This document shows positions 19,408 to 27,856 of a stretch of DNA of 64,000 nt, in pieces. This DNA comes from Promethearchaeota archaeon. GTDB lineage: Archaea > Asgardarchaeota > Hermodarchaeia > Hermodarchaeales > Hermodarchaeaceae. Under the pieces are notes generated by a model, which had not been told where the DNA came from, searched no databases, and was given only the letters and a program-made list of their open reading frames with translations. The position numbers were made by a program, and so were the translations under genes. The stretch covers positions 1 through 64,000 of the forward strand of contig JBHLMG010000001.1 in NCBI GenBank assembly GCA_048938385.1. Reading direction: 5' to 3'. How positions within the stretch are numbered: position 1 is the first letter of the stretch; each line of letters begins with the position of its first letter.

Positions 19408-20643
19408 ATGGACGACCCTCGCCCACTCGACAGAATTTTTGAAAGACTCAGCACTGGCCCTGATTTGATTCGCGACCGAAAGGTACTCTGGCACTCCTAT
19501 GTACCTGATGAGCTACCGCATCGTGAAGAGCAAATCACTCAAATTGGAAGTATATTAGCAACCGGGTTGAGAGGTAGCCGTCCTTCAAATGTGTTTGTAT
19601 ACGGAAAACCAGGAACAGGCAAGACTGCTGTGACTCGGTATGTGCTTCGTGAATTGACAGCGAAGTTTGGAGAAATGCAGTTACCATTTAAGGCAGTATA
19701 TTTGAATTGTCGAAATGTGGACACAGATTATCGTGTGCTTGCAAGAATCTGTGCAGAACTAGGCCAAAAAGTTCCATTTACAGGGTTGCCAACTGATGAA
19801 GTGCATTCACGCCTGGTGGAATTACTGGAAACTCAAGATTTGTTGACAATTATCGTCTTAGACGAAATAGATCGATTAGTGCTAAAAAGCGGCGATGATA
19901 CCCTTTACAAACTGACGCGAATCAACTACGAATTGACTAATGGGCGCGTCAGCTTGATTGGCATTTCGAACGACCTACGGTTTCCGGAGTATTTGGATCC
20001 ACGCGTATTGAGTAGCCTTAGTGAAGAGAAGGTAATTTTTCATCCATATACTGCCCTGCAGTTGCAGGATATTCTTCGCCGACGAAGTTCACATGGGCTT
20101 AAAGATGGGATATTAGAAGAACCAGGAGTGATCAATCTCTGTGCAGCATTGGCTGCAAGAGAGGAAGGTGACGCTCGCCGGGCTCTCGACCTTCTTCGGG
20201 TAGCAGTTGAAGTTGCTGAACGCGAAGGAAGTGAAGAGATTAAAGTAGAACATGTTGAGAAGGCACGGTTAAGTATTGAACGGGACACAGTTTTAGAAGT
20301 ATTGCGTACTCTTCCGCTCCAGCAAAAACTCGTATTGTATGCTGTATACTCATTGGAGCAACATAAGCATCCCCATCCTGTTACTGGCGAAGTTCAAGAT
20401 GTTTATGGCGACTTCTGTGAACAACTCGGTATGGATCCTCTCACTCAACGGCGTGTTAGTGATCTAATAAACGATCTTGATGCTATCGGGTTGGTCAACG
20501 CTAAGGTCGTGAGTAAGGGGCGTTATGGAAGAACAAAGATAATCCGATTAAGCGTTCCTAAGAAAATGGTCGCTGAAGTGCTCGAACGCGAACGGCGAAT
20601 TAAGAGTCTATCCAGTTATGTTCCGAAACAACCAGGCAAATAA
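19408..20643 (+). CDS. cdc6: Orc1/Cdc6 replication initiator (origin-linked)
   Basis: LPHREEQI, GKPGTGKT, VLDEID, GDARRAL and SKGRYGRT motifs; SD GGAGG before ATG 19408. Confidence 0.97.
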   Translation: MDDPRPLDRIFERLSTGPDLIRDRKVLWHSYVPDELPHREEQITQIGSILATGLRGSRPSNVFVYGKPGTGKTAVTRYVLRELTAKFGEMQLPFKAVYLNCRNVDTDYRVLARICAELGQKVPFTGLPTDEVHSRLVELLETQDLLTIIVLDEIDRLVLKSGDDTLYKLTRINYELTNGRVSLIGISNDLRFPEYLDPRVLSSLSEEKVIFHPYTALQLQDILRRRSSHGLKDGILEEPGVINLCAALAAREEGDARRALDLLRVAVEVAEREGSEEIKVEHVEKARLSIERDTVLEVLRTLPLQQKLVLYAVYSLEQHKHPHPVTGEVQDVYGDFCEQLGMDPLTQRRVSDLINDLDAIGLVNAKVVSKGRYGRTKIIRLSVPKKMVAEVLERERRIKSLSSYVPKQPGK

Positions 20644-20663
20644 TATCGTATGAGGGTTAATCG

Positions 20664-21242
20664 GTGTTTAGCATCCCACGAAACCCCAATGGATTAATAC
20701 AGTACGCGTTTCGTGCACTCGGAAAAGATTCCGTTTTCCTTAGAGATCTAGTTTTTTTCATTTCATTCGATTTACGGCAAATGCCGCCTTCCCGTGTCCA
20801 TAAGCTTATTCAAAAGCTTAACTCCGCAGGCCATTTACTCATTGAGGATGGTCTAGTTCAGCTAAGCTCTAGCTTCAGCTCTGAATCTGATGTTACACCT
20901 CCTGCAGCAACTGCAGTTTTGGGTGAAATGTTACGACAATTCATCAGCTCATCTAGATTAACCCGCGCTGTCGGGATGGATGACCAATCGATTCGTTTTG
21001 TCCAGACATCACAACCGCCATTAAAGATTGAAGCAACAGTGTATGGTTCACAAGAGTATCGCCTTGTCATTGATGAGGCGAAAAAACGGATCGAACACAA
21101 CTGTCCGGACTGGAAACGAGTAAGCGTTGTACACCGCTTCTGCAAGCACGTTGCTAAGTTGGTGCTATTACTTAAAAAGGAAGATGCCCTGCGCCTTCTT
21201 TCGAGCTTACAAGAAGGCTCCTGGGAGTTTGTATCCCTTTAG
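20664..21242 (+). CDS. DUF2240-like protein with SWIM-type zinc finger
   Basis: HNCPDW...FCKH motif. Confidence 0.65.
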   Translation: MFSIPRNPNGLIQYAFRALGKDSVFLRDLVFFISFDLRQMPPSRVHKLIQKLNSAGHLLIEDGLVQLSSSFSSESDVTPPAATAVLGEMLRQFISSSRLTRAVGMDDQSIRFVQTSQPPLKIEATVYGSQEYRLVIDEAKKRIEHNCPDWKRVSVVHRFCKHVAKLVLLLKKEDALRLLSSLQEGSWEFVSL

Positions 21243-22780
21243 ACAAAGTATAGCTGTTTTACATTTAGTGTCTGAAGATTAACTAAAGGAATAATTCCTG
21301 GTGTGGGTTCAATTCCAATTAAGCGCTGGTAGTCAGTTTGGCTTTGAAAGGTTCCTGAATTGATAATTAGTGTTTTACGATAACTGCTCAGAGTGGTTAC
21401 ATGAATATGCCCGCAGTGAAGGATATCGGGGACATCATCGATTACTAACCAGTCGCGAGGTTCAGCAACAATGGTTGTACCTTTACCATAAATAGGGGCG
21501 AGGTGACGGCCCTGAAGCATCGTTCGCATGGCCGCAAAACCTGCTTCAACCTCGGGTTTTGAAAGTGCCCCCATGATATCGACTAGGCTATCACCATGAA
21601 ACAATAGGAGTTTAACTCCACTAAGACTGATTTGCGAAGGACATCCTAGCGAGGTGATTTGTAACCCTGAATCCCTAAGTGGATCGAAAAAGTAGTCATC
21701 TATTGCAGGTCGTGGAATGGCCGTTCGGACGCCATCATGATTCCCAGGTGTGATGATGAGACTAATGTGGCTAGGAATTTCTTGAAGAATTTTATTAAGC
21801 CCTTGAAACTGACCGTTCAGATCATAAATCGTGATATCAGCGAGCTGGTTTGGATAGATACCAATACCATCGACAAGGTCACCATTTATGATGATGTATT
21901 TGACAGTACCTGCTAATTCAATGTGTTCTTTATCGCCCTCTTCACCTTTGAGCCATTCAATTACACGGTGGAAGACTTTATCGAGGAAATGCTTACTTCC
22001 AAAATGAATGTCAGATAACAACAATGCACTGATATTTTCCTTAGCCCGATTGTTCCGTCGGGTTGTTGGAATGTCTGGTAAGAATAGATCTTTGGCAATA
22101 ATCATTTCAGAACTAACTATGGCTCCTTCAACACAGACGACCTGATCTAGCAAAACTATTCGGGCTTTAGAAAGCAGTTGTGTGTCGTGTTGTTGGATGA
22201 TACAGTTGATTTTACCTGTGGGGTCCTCTAACTCCAAAGATATATTGCCGCTTCTAGTTTGCAGTTTCGTTGTGACAATTCCTACTATTTTTACAGTTGG
22301 TTTTGCTTCAGTTGCTTTCCTTGTGCTCATTCGTGCTTGGTCAATATCGACTACCCCTTTTCCATCAACCCGTTGTGTAATAATATGACGTAAGCGGTAG
22401 TAGCGGTCTTGAAATGTCTGGTGGAAGTCTTCTATGGTACCGGTGCCTTGCATTTCCGATGTTGGGTCTTTTAAAATTTGAATATCAGGTTTCACATTTT
22501 CTGCAATAGCTGTTGAAGATGTTAGTTGAGGTGTCTTGACTTCTTGTGAGATCGGTTCATCTAGCGATGGTGATCGTTGTTCCTTTTTAAAATCGATAAA
22601 GTGGGTAGGCTCAAGCACAGGAATTTCAGCAGGGTGGACTTTTTCTGCTTTAAGAAATGCGTCGATAAATTGATCTGGGTAGGGGTGTTCCTTGAGAACA
22701 TCTACAGCTTGTGGACTGATTTGAAATCCCGCCTTTAGGAGTCGTGTGATTGCAGTTTGGACTTTATCGTCTGGATGCAC
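21239..22780 (-). CDS. polB: DNA polymerase D small (exonuclease) subunit DP1
   Basis: OB fold LEDPTG; SDIHFGS, GDLVDG, PGNHD, FHG, RHLAP and GHIH calcineurin-like motifs. Confidence 0.95.
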   Translation of the reverse strand: MHPDDKVQTAITRLLKAGFQISPQAVDVLKEHPYPDQFIDAFLKAEKVHPAEIPVLEPTHFIDFKKEQRSPSLDEPISQEVKTPQLTSSTAIAENVKPDIQILKDPTSEMQGTGTIEDFHQTFQDRYYRLRHIITQRVDGKGVVDIDQARMSTRKATEAKPTVKIVGIVTTKLQTRSGNISLELEDPTGKINCIIQQHDTQLLSKARIVLLDQVVCVEGAIVSSEMIIAKDLFLPDIPTTRRNNRAKENISALLLSDIHFGSKHFLDKVFHRVIEWLKGEEGDKEHIELAGTVKYIIINGDLVDGIGIYPNQLADITIYDLNGQFQGLNKILQEIPSHISLIITPGNHDGVRTAIPRPAIDDYFFDPLRDSGLQITSLGCPSQISLSGVKLLLFHGDSLVDIMGALSKPEVEAGFAAMRTMLQGRHLAPIYGKGTTIVAEPRDWLVIDDVPDILHCGHIHVTTLSSYRKTLIINSGTFQSQTDYQRLIGIEPTPGIIPLVNLQTLNVKQLYFV

Positions 22781-22866
22781 ACTGTTTCGCCATATTGTTT
22801 AGGTGGTTCTCTTTTTTCAAAAGTTCGGTTTAACTGTATCAATATAACTTCAAGAACGAAACGGAT

Positions 22867-22964
22867 TGGCGCGGAGTAAGGGATTTGAACCCTTGCGACC
22901 ACGAAGGTCACTGGATAGCTCGTTCAAACTCGAGTCCAGCGCGTTACCGCTCTGCCAACTCCGC
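22867..22964 (-). tRNA. tRNA-Ser(CGA) with 12-nt intron (22917-22928) at 37/38
   Basis: Long variable arm, G73, encoded CCA; BHB helix CTCG/CGAG. Confidence 0.95.
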
Positions 22965-23079
22965 CCGGATATTGACTATCCGTTTCCATCCCCATAAAGA
23001 TTTTTTCTACTGCTTTTTCTTGTTTTTTAATGAATTTGTTTAAATGGGTGCTGTAGTAAGTGCATCCAGGTGAAATAAT

Positions 23080-23928
23080 TTGGTATCTTCGAAGGATGTA
23101 GCAGCAATTCAACATAAGTATAAAATCATTGGACGAAAAGAGCTTATCACCCAGTGTCTAGCCTCGGATAACGCAGGGAAACACATTCTCATCGAAGGGC
23201 CAGTGGGTGTTGGGAAAACGACCATTGCTTCAGCCTTTGCTGATTTCTTAGGTCGTTCGCTTCTCCGTGTTGATGGTGACGAACGGTATACATCGGCTAA
23301 GCTTGTTGGATGGTTTGATCCACCGGTTGTTCTAAAGCATGGTTACACTCGGGAATCCTTCATTCCGGGTCCATTAGTCGAGACCATGGAGTCTGGAGGG
23401 GTGTTGTTCATTAACGAAATCAATCGAATGCCGGAAGCTACGCAGAACACTTTACTCCCGGTCATGGATGAAGGGCGCCTGCATGTGCCGAAATTGGGGA
23501 CGATTAACTCTAAGAACGGGTTCCGAATAATTGCGACACAAAATCCTGAAGCTAGTGTTGGGGTCACTCCGCTAGGCGAAGCATTGCGCGACCGTTACAT
23601 TTGGTTGCATTTGGATTACCATTCTGAGCCTGAAGAACAGGAAATCGTGAAAATAAACACAGGCATTAACGATGAAAGCATCGTTGATACGGCAGTGGCA
23701 ATTACACGCGCAACTCGTGATTACATTGATGTTCGCCGTGGGGCTAGCGTCCGGGGGGCAATTGATATGGCTAGCCTGTATGTCGAACTTCCTGGGGAGG
23801 GAAAAAGTGTCTGGGAACAAGCAGCGATTATGTCTTTAGTTCCTAAAATCGAATTACATGATAATGTGCAGAAATCTGCATCTGATGTAATTAAGATAAT
23901 TGTAAAATCAGTACTTGCAAATTTCTAA
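23080..23928 (+). CDS. MoxR-family AAA+ ATPase
   Basis: GPVGVGKT, LFINEINR, IATQNP, EALRDR and ASVRG motifs. Confidence 0.92.
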   Translation: MVSSKDVAAIQHKYKIIGRKELITQCLASDNAGKHILIEGPVGVGKTTIASAFADFLGRSLLRVDGDERYTSAKLVGWFDPPVVLKHGYTRESFIPGPLVETMESGGVLFINEINRMPEATQNTLLPVMDEGRLHVPKLGTINSKNGFRIIATQNPEASVGVTPLGEALRDRYIWLHLDYHSEPEEQEIVKINTGINDESIVDTAVAITRATRDYIDVRRGASVRGAIDMASLYVELPGEGKSVWEQAAIMSLVPKIELHDNVQKSASDVIKIIVKSVLANF

Positions 23929-23951
23929 TCTCCGAGGAGGAAGCGTCCTCC
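23919..23951 (+). promoter_or_regulatory. Putative -1 programmed ribosomal frameshift signal
   Basis: Slippery heptamer A_AAT_TTC 23919-23925 directly before the TAA stop; hairpin GGAGGA-agcg-TCCTCC 23936-23951; -1 frame open into the VWA ORF. Confidence 0.7.
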
Positions 23952-24089
23952 GATGACCGAGTCTCTGTTCTGCTCTCAGGTTCTCTATCCGATGAGAAAC
24001 TCTTCGAATCGGAAATTCGCGCGCACGGACGTGATTTTCAATATTTTCTGCGTTTAGGGCGAACCTTTGATTATCCAAAGGCAAAGGAG

Positions 24090-25001
24090 ATGGCTGAACT
24101 TGCTATCGAGCATGAAAATATTACAGCGCTCCAAGCGTTAGCTCATCTTCAACCAATTGCGACTAGTGAAGCGCTTTCTTCGCAAGATGGGGTCCATCTT
24201 ATCGCTAGATCTGCTCGAGAAGGAAATGTCGCTGCACCACTGCTCTTCTTCCAATTACGTCGGCAGATAAGTGGGCAATATAGACAAACCTTCCGTGAAC
24301 TGGCTCGGGCCACCATTATCCATTCAGCGCTACGGATTAGCGGTCGTGGACTAAGACCTGAAACCATCAATACAACCCCATTTTCTCCAGGGCTAGACGA
24401 GTTTGATTTAGAATCTACCCTTGAAGAAATCCTGATGGAGCCCCAATATGTCAACTACCCAGATATCGTGGGGATCGAACGCGTTGCTCGCAAAAAGATT
24501 GGTACAATAATTTTAGACACTTCAGGATCTATGGCTGGTGAAAAGCTCTTAACCGCCGCTACAGCAGCCGCTGTAGCTGCCTTCCATTTACGCCACGATA
24601 AATACGCCCTAATCGCATTCAATACGGTGGCTAGTACCATCAAAACCATGGAACAAAAAGCTACAATCGACTATATCGTTGACACGATTTTAGATACTGA
24701 ACCTGCAGGATACACTAACATAACCGATGGCCTTCAGACCGGATACAATCAGTATCGGCGAATTCCACGACAGGAATCCTGGGCGATTCTGATCACCGAT
24801 GGCATTGCAAACCGTGGAGGTCCACCCGAGGACCATGCACGGAGGTACCACAATCTCCATGTATTACAAACACCAGGCACGCATCCTCAAGGCGAAGAAA
24901 CCTGTCAACGCATTGCACAACTAGGGCGAGGGCGCCACATAAAGGTCAAATCCTACACAGAAGTACCACGAGCGCTCATGCAGCTACTGCGTCACACATA
25001 A
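24090..25001 (+). CDS. VWA-domain protein (frame open upstream to about 23895; probably also made as a MoxR fusion)
   Basis: MIDAS DTSGSM, GYTNITDGL and LITDG motifs. Confidence 0.9.
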   Translation: MAELAIEHENITALQALAHLQPIATSEALSSQDGVHLIARSAREGNVAAPLLFFQLRRQISGQYRQTFRELARATIIHSALRISGRGLRPETINTTPFSPGLDEFDLESTLEEILMEPQYVNYPDIVGIERVARKKIGTIILDTSGSMAGEKLLTAATAAAVAAFHLRHDKYALIAFNTVASTIKTMEQKATIDYIVDTILDTEPAGYTNITDGLQTGYNQYRRIPRQESWAILITDGIANRGGPPEDHARRYHNLHVLQTPGTHPQGEETCQRIAQLGRGRHIKVKSYTEVPRALMQLLRHT

Positions 25002-25015
25002 AAGAGCAAGGGCTT

Positions 25016-25075
25016 TCAAAAGGGAATTGGGCGGGCAGTTAAGGGACCAATTTCTGTTCCTGGAATAGGGTACAT
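25016..25075 (-). CDS. Putative 19-aa proline-rich micropeptide MYPIPGTEIGPLTARPIPF
   Basis: SD GGTGA 5 nt before ATG, TATA TTTAAGTA at 25114-25107, T-rich run after the stop. Confidence 0.5.
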   Translation of the reverse strand: MYPIPGTEIGPLTARPIPF

Positions 25076-25225
25076 GTGCTTCACCAACAATGTATCAAGA
25101 CCAGAGTACTTAAACTCCGAAAATTATGCACTATAGTATCTAAACATTCAACATCATTGCTAAATATGACGGCAAAGCTTTTATCACCCTCACCGGCTCT
25201 TCATACGCGACCACACCAATCGGCT

Positions 25226-25368
25226 AGCGAGGTGGGGTAGCCAGGATTTCACCCGACCTTACTTCTGGGTCAGGGACCTGAGATCCCGCGGTGAAGTCGC
25301 CAAACTGACGACCTCGCGGACGGCTCATAACCCCGAGATCGGTTGTTCAAATCAACCCCTCGCTACCA
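25226..25368 (+). tRNA. Initiator tRNA-Met(CAT) with two BHB introns (25248-25282 in D-loop; 25292-25321 at 29/30)
   Basis: A1:U72; GGG/CCC anticodon stem restored after splicing; perfect central helices CAGG/CCTG and CCGC/GCGG. Confidence 0.95.
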
Positions 25369-25402
25369 TTTCTTCTTTTAGAAACAAACCGACTATTTGA
25401 AC

Positions 25403-25625
25403 AAAAAAACCCGTAGTGGCTGTGCTCCGACCACCGGGAAATAATGCCGGTACGAATCCCGGACCAAAACCGGCAGTCGGACCCAATCCTAGGAAGCGTA
25501 CAATTGACCAACAACGCGAGGCATCCAACCACCCCAGTAATTGTACACCGCTCAGCCACCCGGACCACGACCAAGCAGTCGTGTCATCAATAACACGACT
25601 ACAGAGTAGAAAAACTCCACAACTT
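25403..25625 (-). ncRNA. Putative structured non-coding RNA, unknown family
   Basis: Two 12-bp and two 8-bp stems in a nested arrangement, TATA-like CTTAAGAG upstream, T7 tract at the 3' end. Confidence 0.55.
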
Positions 25626-25681
25626 CCTGATGTTGCCTTTACCAAGACTCTTAAGCCGGTCTAGGCAAGGATACAAAGTGT

Positions 25682-27433
25682 ATGGAGAAATACCAAAAGG
25701 AACTCTCATCCATGACAATCAAACAGACAGACAGCCAGAATTCGGTATCATCCCCTAACAAAATCACAGCTCTACAACTATTTAATGAAATAGCAAAAAA
25801 GATCCAAAAAATTCTGGGTTCTAACCCCTTTGGCAACTACTCACAAATTCGTTGGATTAGCACACCATTAGAACTCAAGGGACCACGCTTTGGTGCTCAC
25901 GAAACCTACATTAACAATCAACCGGTTCTCAACCTCTCCAAAGATCTAATCACCAAACACGAAAATCTCCTCGAAGCCGTCTTGTGGCGAGAAGCTTATC
26001 TCCTACATCTACCGGAATCAGTTCGCGCTGTGAACCGTGCTGCTGACCTCGGACTCTACTGTTACTACCGTCATGGACTCAAAACACGAAAACAACGGCA
26101 ACGATTCATCCAGATATGGGAAGCCTCGTCTCCACCAATCCAATATGCCTTCTACCGCTACTTCCCAACAGGTGGCTTTGCTTATTTTGATAAAATTGTC
26201 GATGGTACTTTCTTGAAACTTGTCAAACAGTGGTTCACACCCTTCAAACAACTACAAACTCCCTTAACTGTAGAAGCCTATACCTCAAACCTTGAACGAT
26301 GGATGATGAATTACCACAGAATCTTAAAATCCATTGAACTCAAAGTACTACAAGGGCTTTATAACCACCCTTCTGCGTCACAAACTGAACTGGCCGAAAA
26401 GCTTGGTCTTAAACAACCCACAGTTAGTCGAATTATCAAAGTTCTTGCAGAAAAGCATTTTTTACGTTTATCCACAATAGAAAATTTCCCTGTTCTTGGT
26501 TTACAACCACTTGCTGTTGAATTTTCAACTCCAAATAACCAAATTCTAAATAAGTTAAAAAGAATTGCCAGTGAAATTCGCTACACTCTAGCAATTCACG
26601 AATTTGAAAATCTAATAAGAATTGTTTTTGTAATACCATTTAGGCGAACAGAGCGCTTTAGACAATGGGTAAAACAAACCAGTAGCGTGTTGGATTTACC
26701 TGCTTCAAGAATTCTCCAATTAGTCGAATGGTCGGTCTCAAGAAATTTCAACCTTTATCAACCACAGAATAAAGGTTGGTCTTTAGATTTCAGCGCAATA
26801 TTAAGTAGTATACAACGACTTCTCAATGAAGATTGGACGCAACAATTACCCCCAATACGATCATTCAGTTTTTCGCGCATAAAATCCAATCAATATGTAC
26901 TTCTGCGTCCAGAAGATTTTATCTACATCCAAAGGGCTTCGGACGCGTTTCTAGTCACTAGTCGGGCGAAATTCTATGAAGCTGAAGAGGCACGGAAAGC
27001 TGGATCAAGTGATTTAACTTATCGACGCCGTGTGGCATATTTACAACGAAGAAAGGTGATTAGCCCACCTTTGGCTATTGGTTTACTACACATTGGTTTA
27101 GATGGCCTTGTGTCTCTTTTGATTAGAAGTTCTCATAGTGAAGCTCATAATTTACTTAGGTCATTACAGCTCCTTCCTCATGTTTCTGGGACCATTTTTG
27201 AAGATGGAAGCCTAGATGTTACTTTGTTGCTTCCAAAGGAAGTAGCTGTTTCAGTTGAGGCATCCCTACGCGCAATATTAACTGATTATGGAAGAGAAAT
27301 ACTTTCAACAGTAAAACCCGCTTGGGAAGCTTATGGCTGGGTTGCCCGTCCTCCTGTTGTAGCTAGAAATTATGATTTCAGTAACGGAAACTGGATTTGG
27401 CTAAAAGACACTCTTCCGCGTGTTTCGTTTTAA
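25682..27433 (+). CDS. Large HTH plus Lrp/AsnC-fold repeat protein, paralog 1
   Basis: Central HTH ASQTELAEKLGLKQPTVSR; two Lrp-like halves each ending NYDF/NFNL-x-GxW. Confidence 0.75.
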   Translation: MEKYQKELSSMTIKQTDSQNSVSSPNKITALQLFNEIAKKIQKILGSNPFGNYSQIRWISTPLELKGPRFGAHETYINNQPVLNLSKDLITKHENLLEAVLWREAYLLHLPESVRAVNRAADLGLYCYYRHGLKTRKQRQRFIQIWEASSPPIQYAFYRYFPTGGFAYFDKIVDGTFLKLVKQWFTPFKQLQTPLTVEAYTSNLERWMMNYHRILKSIELKVLQGLYNHPSASQTELAEKLGLKQPTVSRIIKVLAEKHFLRLSTIENFPVLGLQPLAVEFSTPNNQILNKLKRIASEIRYTLAIHEFENLIRIVFVIPFRRTERFRQWVKQTSSVLDLPASRILQLVEWSVSRNFNLYQPQNKGWSLDFSAILSSIQRLLNEDWTQQLPPIRSFSFSRIKSNQYVLLRPEDFIYIQRASDAFLVTSRAKFYEAEEARKAGSSDLTYRRRVAYLQRRKVISPPLAIGLLHIGLDGLVSLLIRSSHSEAHNLLRSLQLLPHVSGTIFEDGSLDVTLLLPKEVAVSVEASLRAILTDYGREILSTVKPAWEAYGWVARPPVVARNYDFSNGNWIWLKDTLPRVSF

Positions 27434-27574
27434 TTAACTCTTTGAATTCGTAAACTTATTTACAAGAAAAGGGTAGAACTTGAAATTACTACGACTTTTT
27501 TTTGTATCTCTTTTCTTGGCTTTAAATCGAAATCTGAAGCCAATAACATTAACCGATATTAAATGGAGGCAACC

Positions 27575-27795
27575 AAAAAATGCATTATCCACCCACACGA
27601 CCTAATCCTTTCTAATCATCTTTTGGATTCTCCCAACACATTCTGGAGCCCTAGATAAGGGCTCCCTTCTAATTAACCCAAAAGATACTTTCGGGATTTC
27701 TAACGAAGTGTATTCACCCACTCGTCTTAGACCTGGTTAACCCCCTGAAGAAGCACTCAGGGGTTCCATTACTCTTTTAATGTGTAGAAATTTCT
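27575..27795 (-). ncRNA. Putative structured non-coding RNA 2
   Basis: Hairpin 27739-27765, nested stems ATCTTTTGG/CCAAAAGAT and GGAGCCCT/AGGGCTCC, T6 tract at 3' end, no ORF. Confidence 0.45.
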
Positions 27796-27856
27796 CTAAC
27801 CATGTATAATCAGAAATTAGTTTTAAGTTGAAAATCCATTGTTATGATAGCACGAA

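Noticed and set aside
23953-24057. Short ORF starting at ATG 23953 after a GGAGG
   Set aside because: It is in the MoxR frame, stops after 34 codons and cannot start the VWA protein; the GGAGG is sequestered in the hairpin.
25347-25664. ORFs 25347-25574, 25352-25645 and 25416-25664
   Set aside because: No recognisable motifs, two overlap the tRNA 3' end, and the region is better explained by RNA structure.
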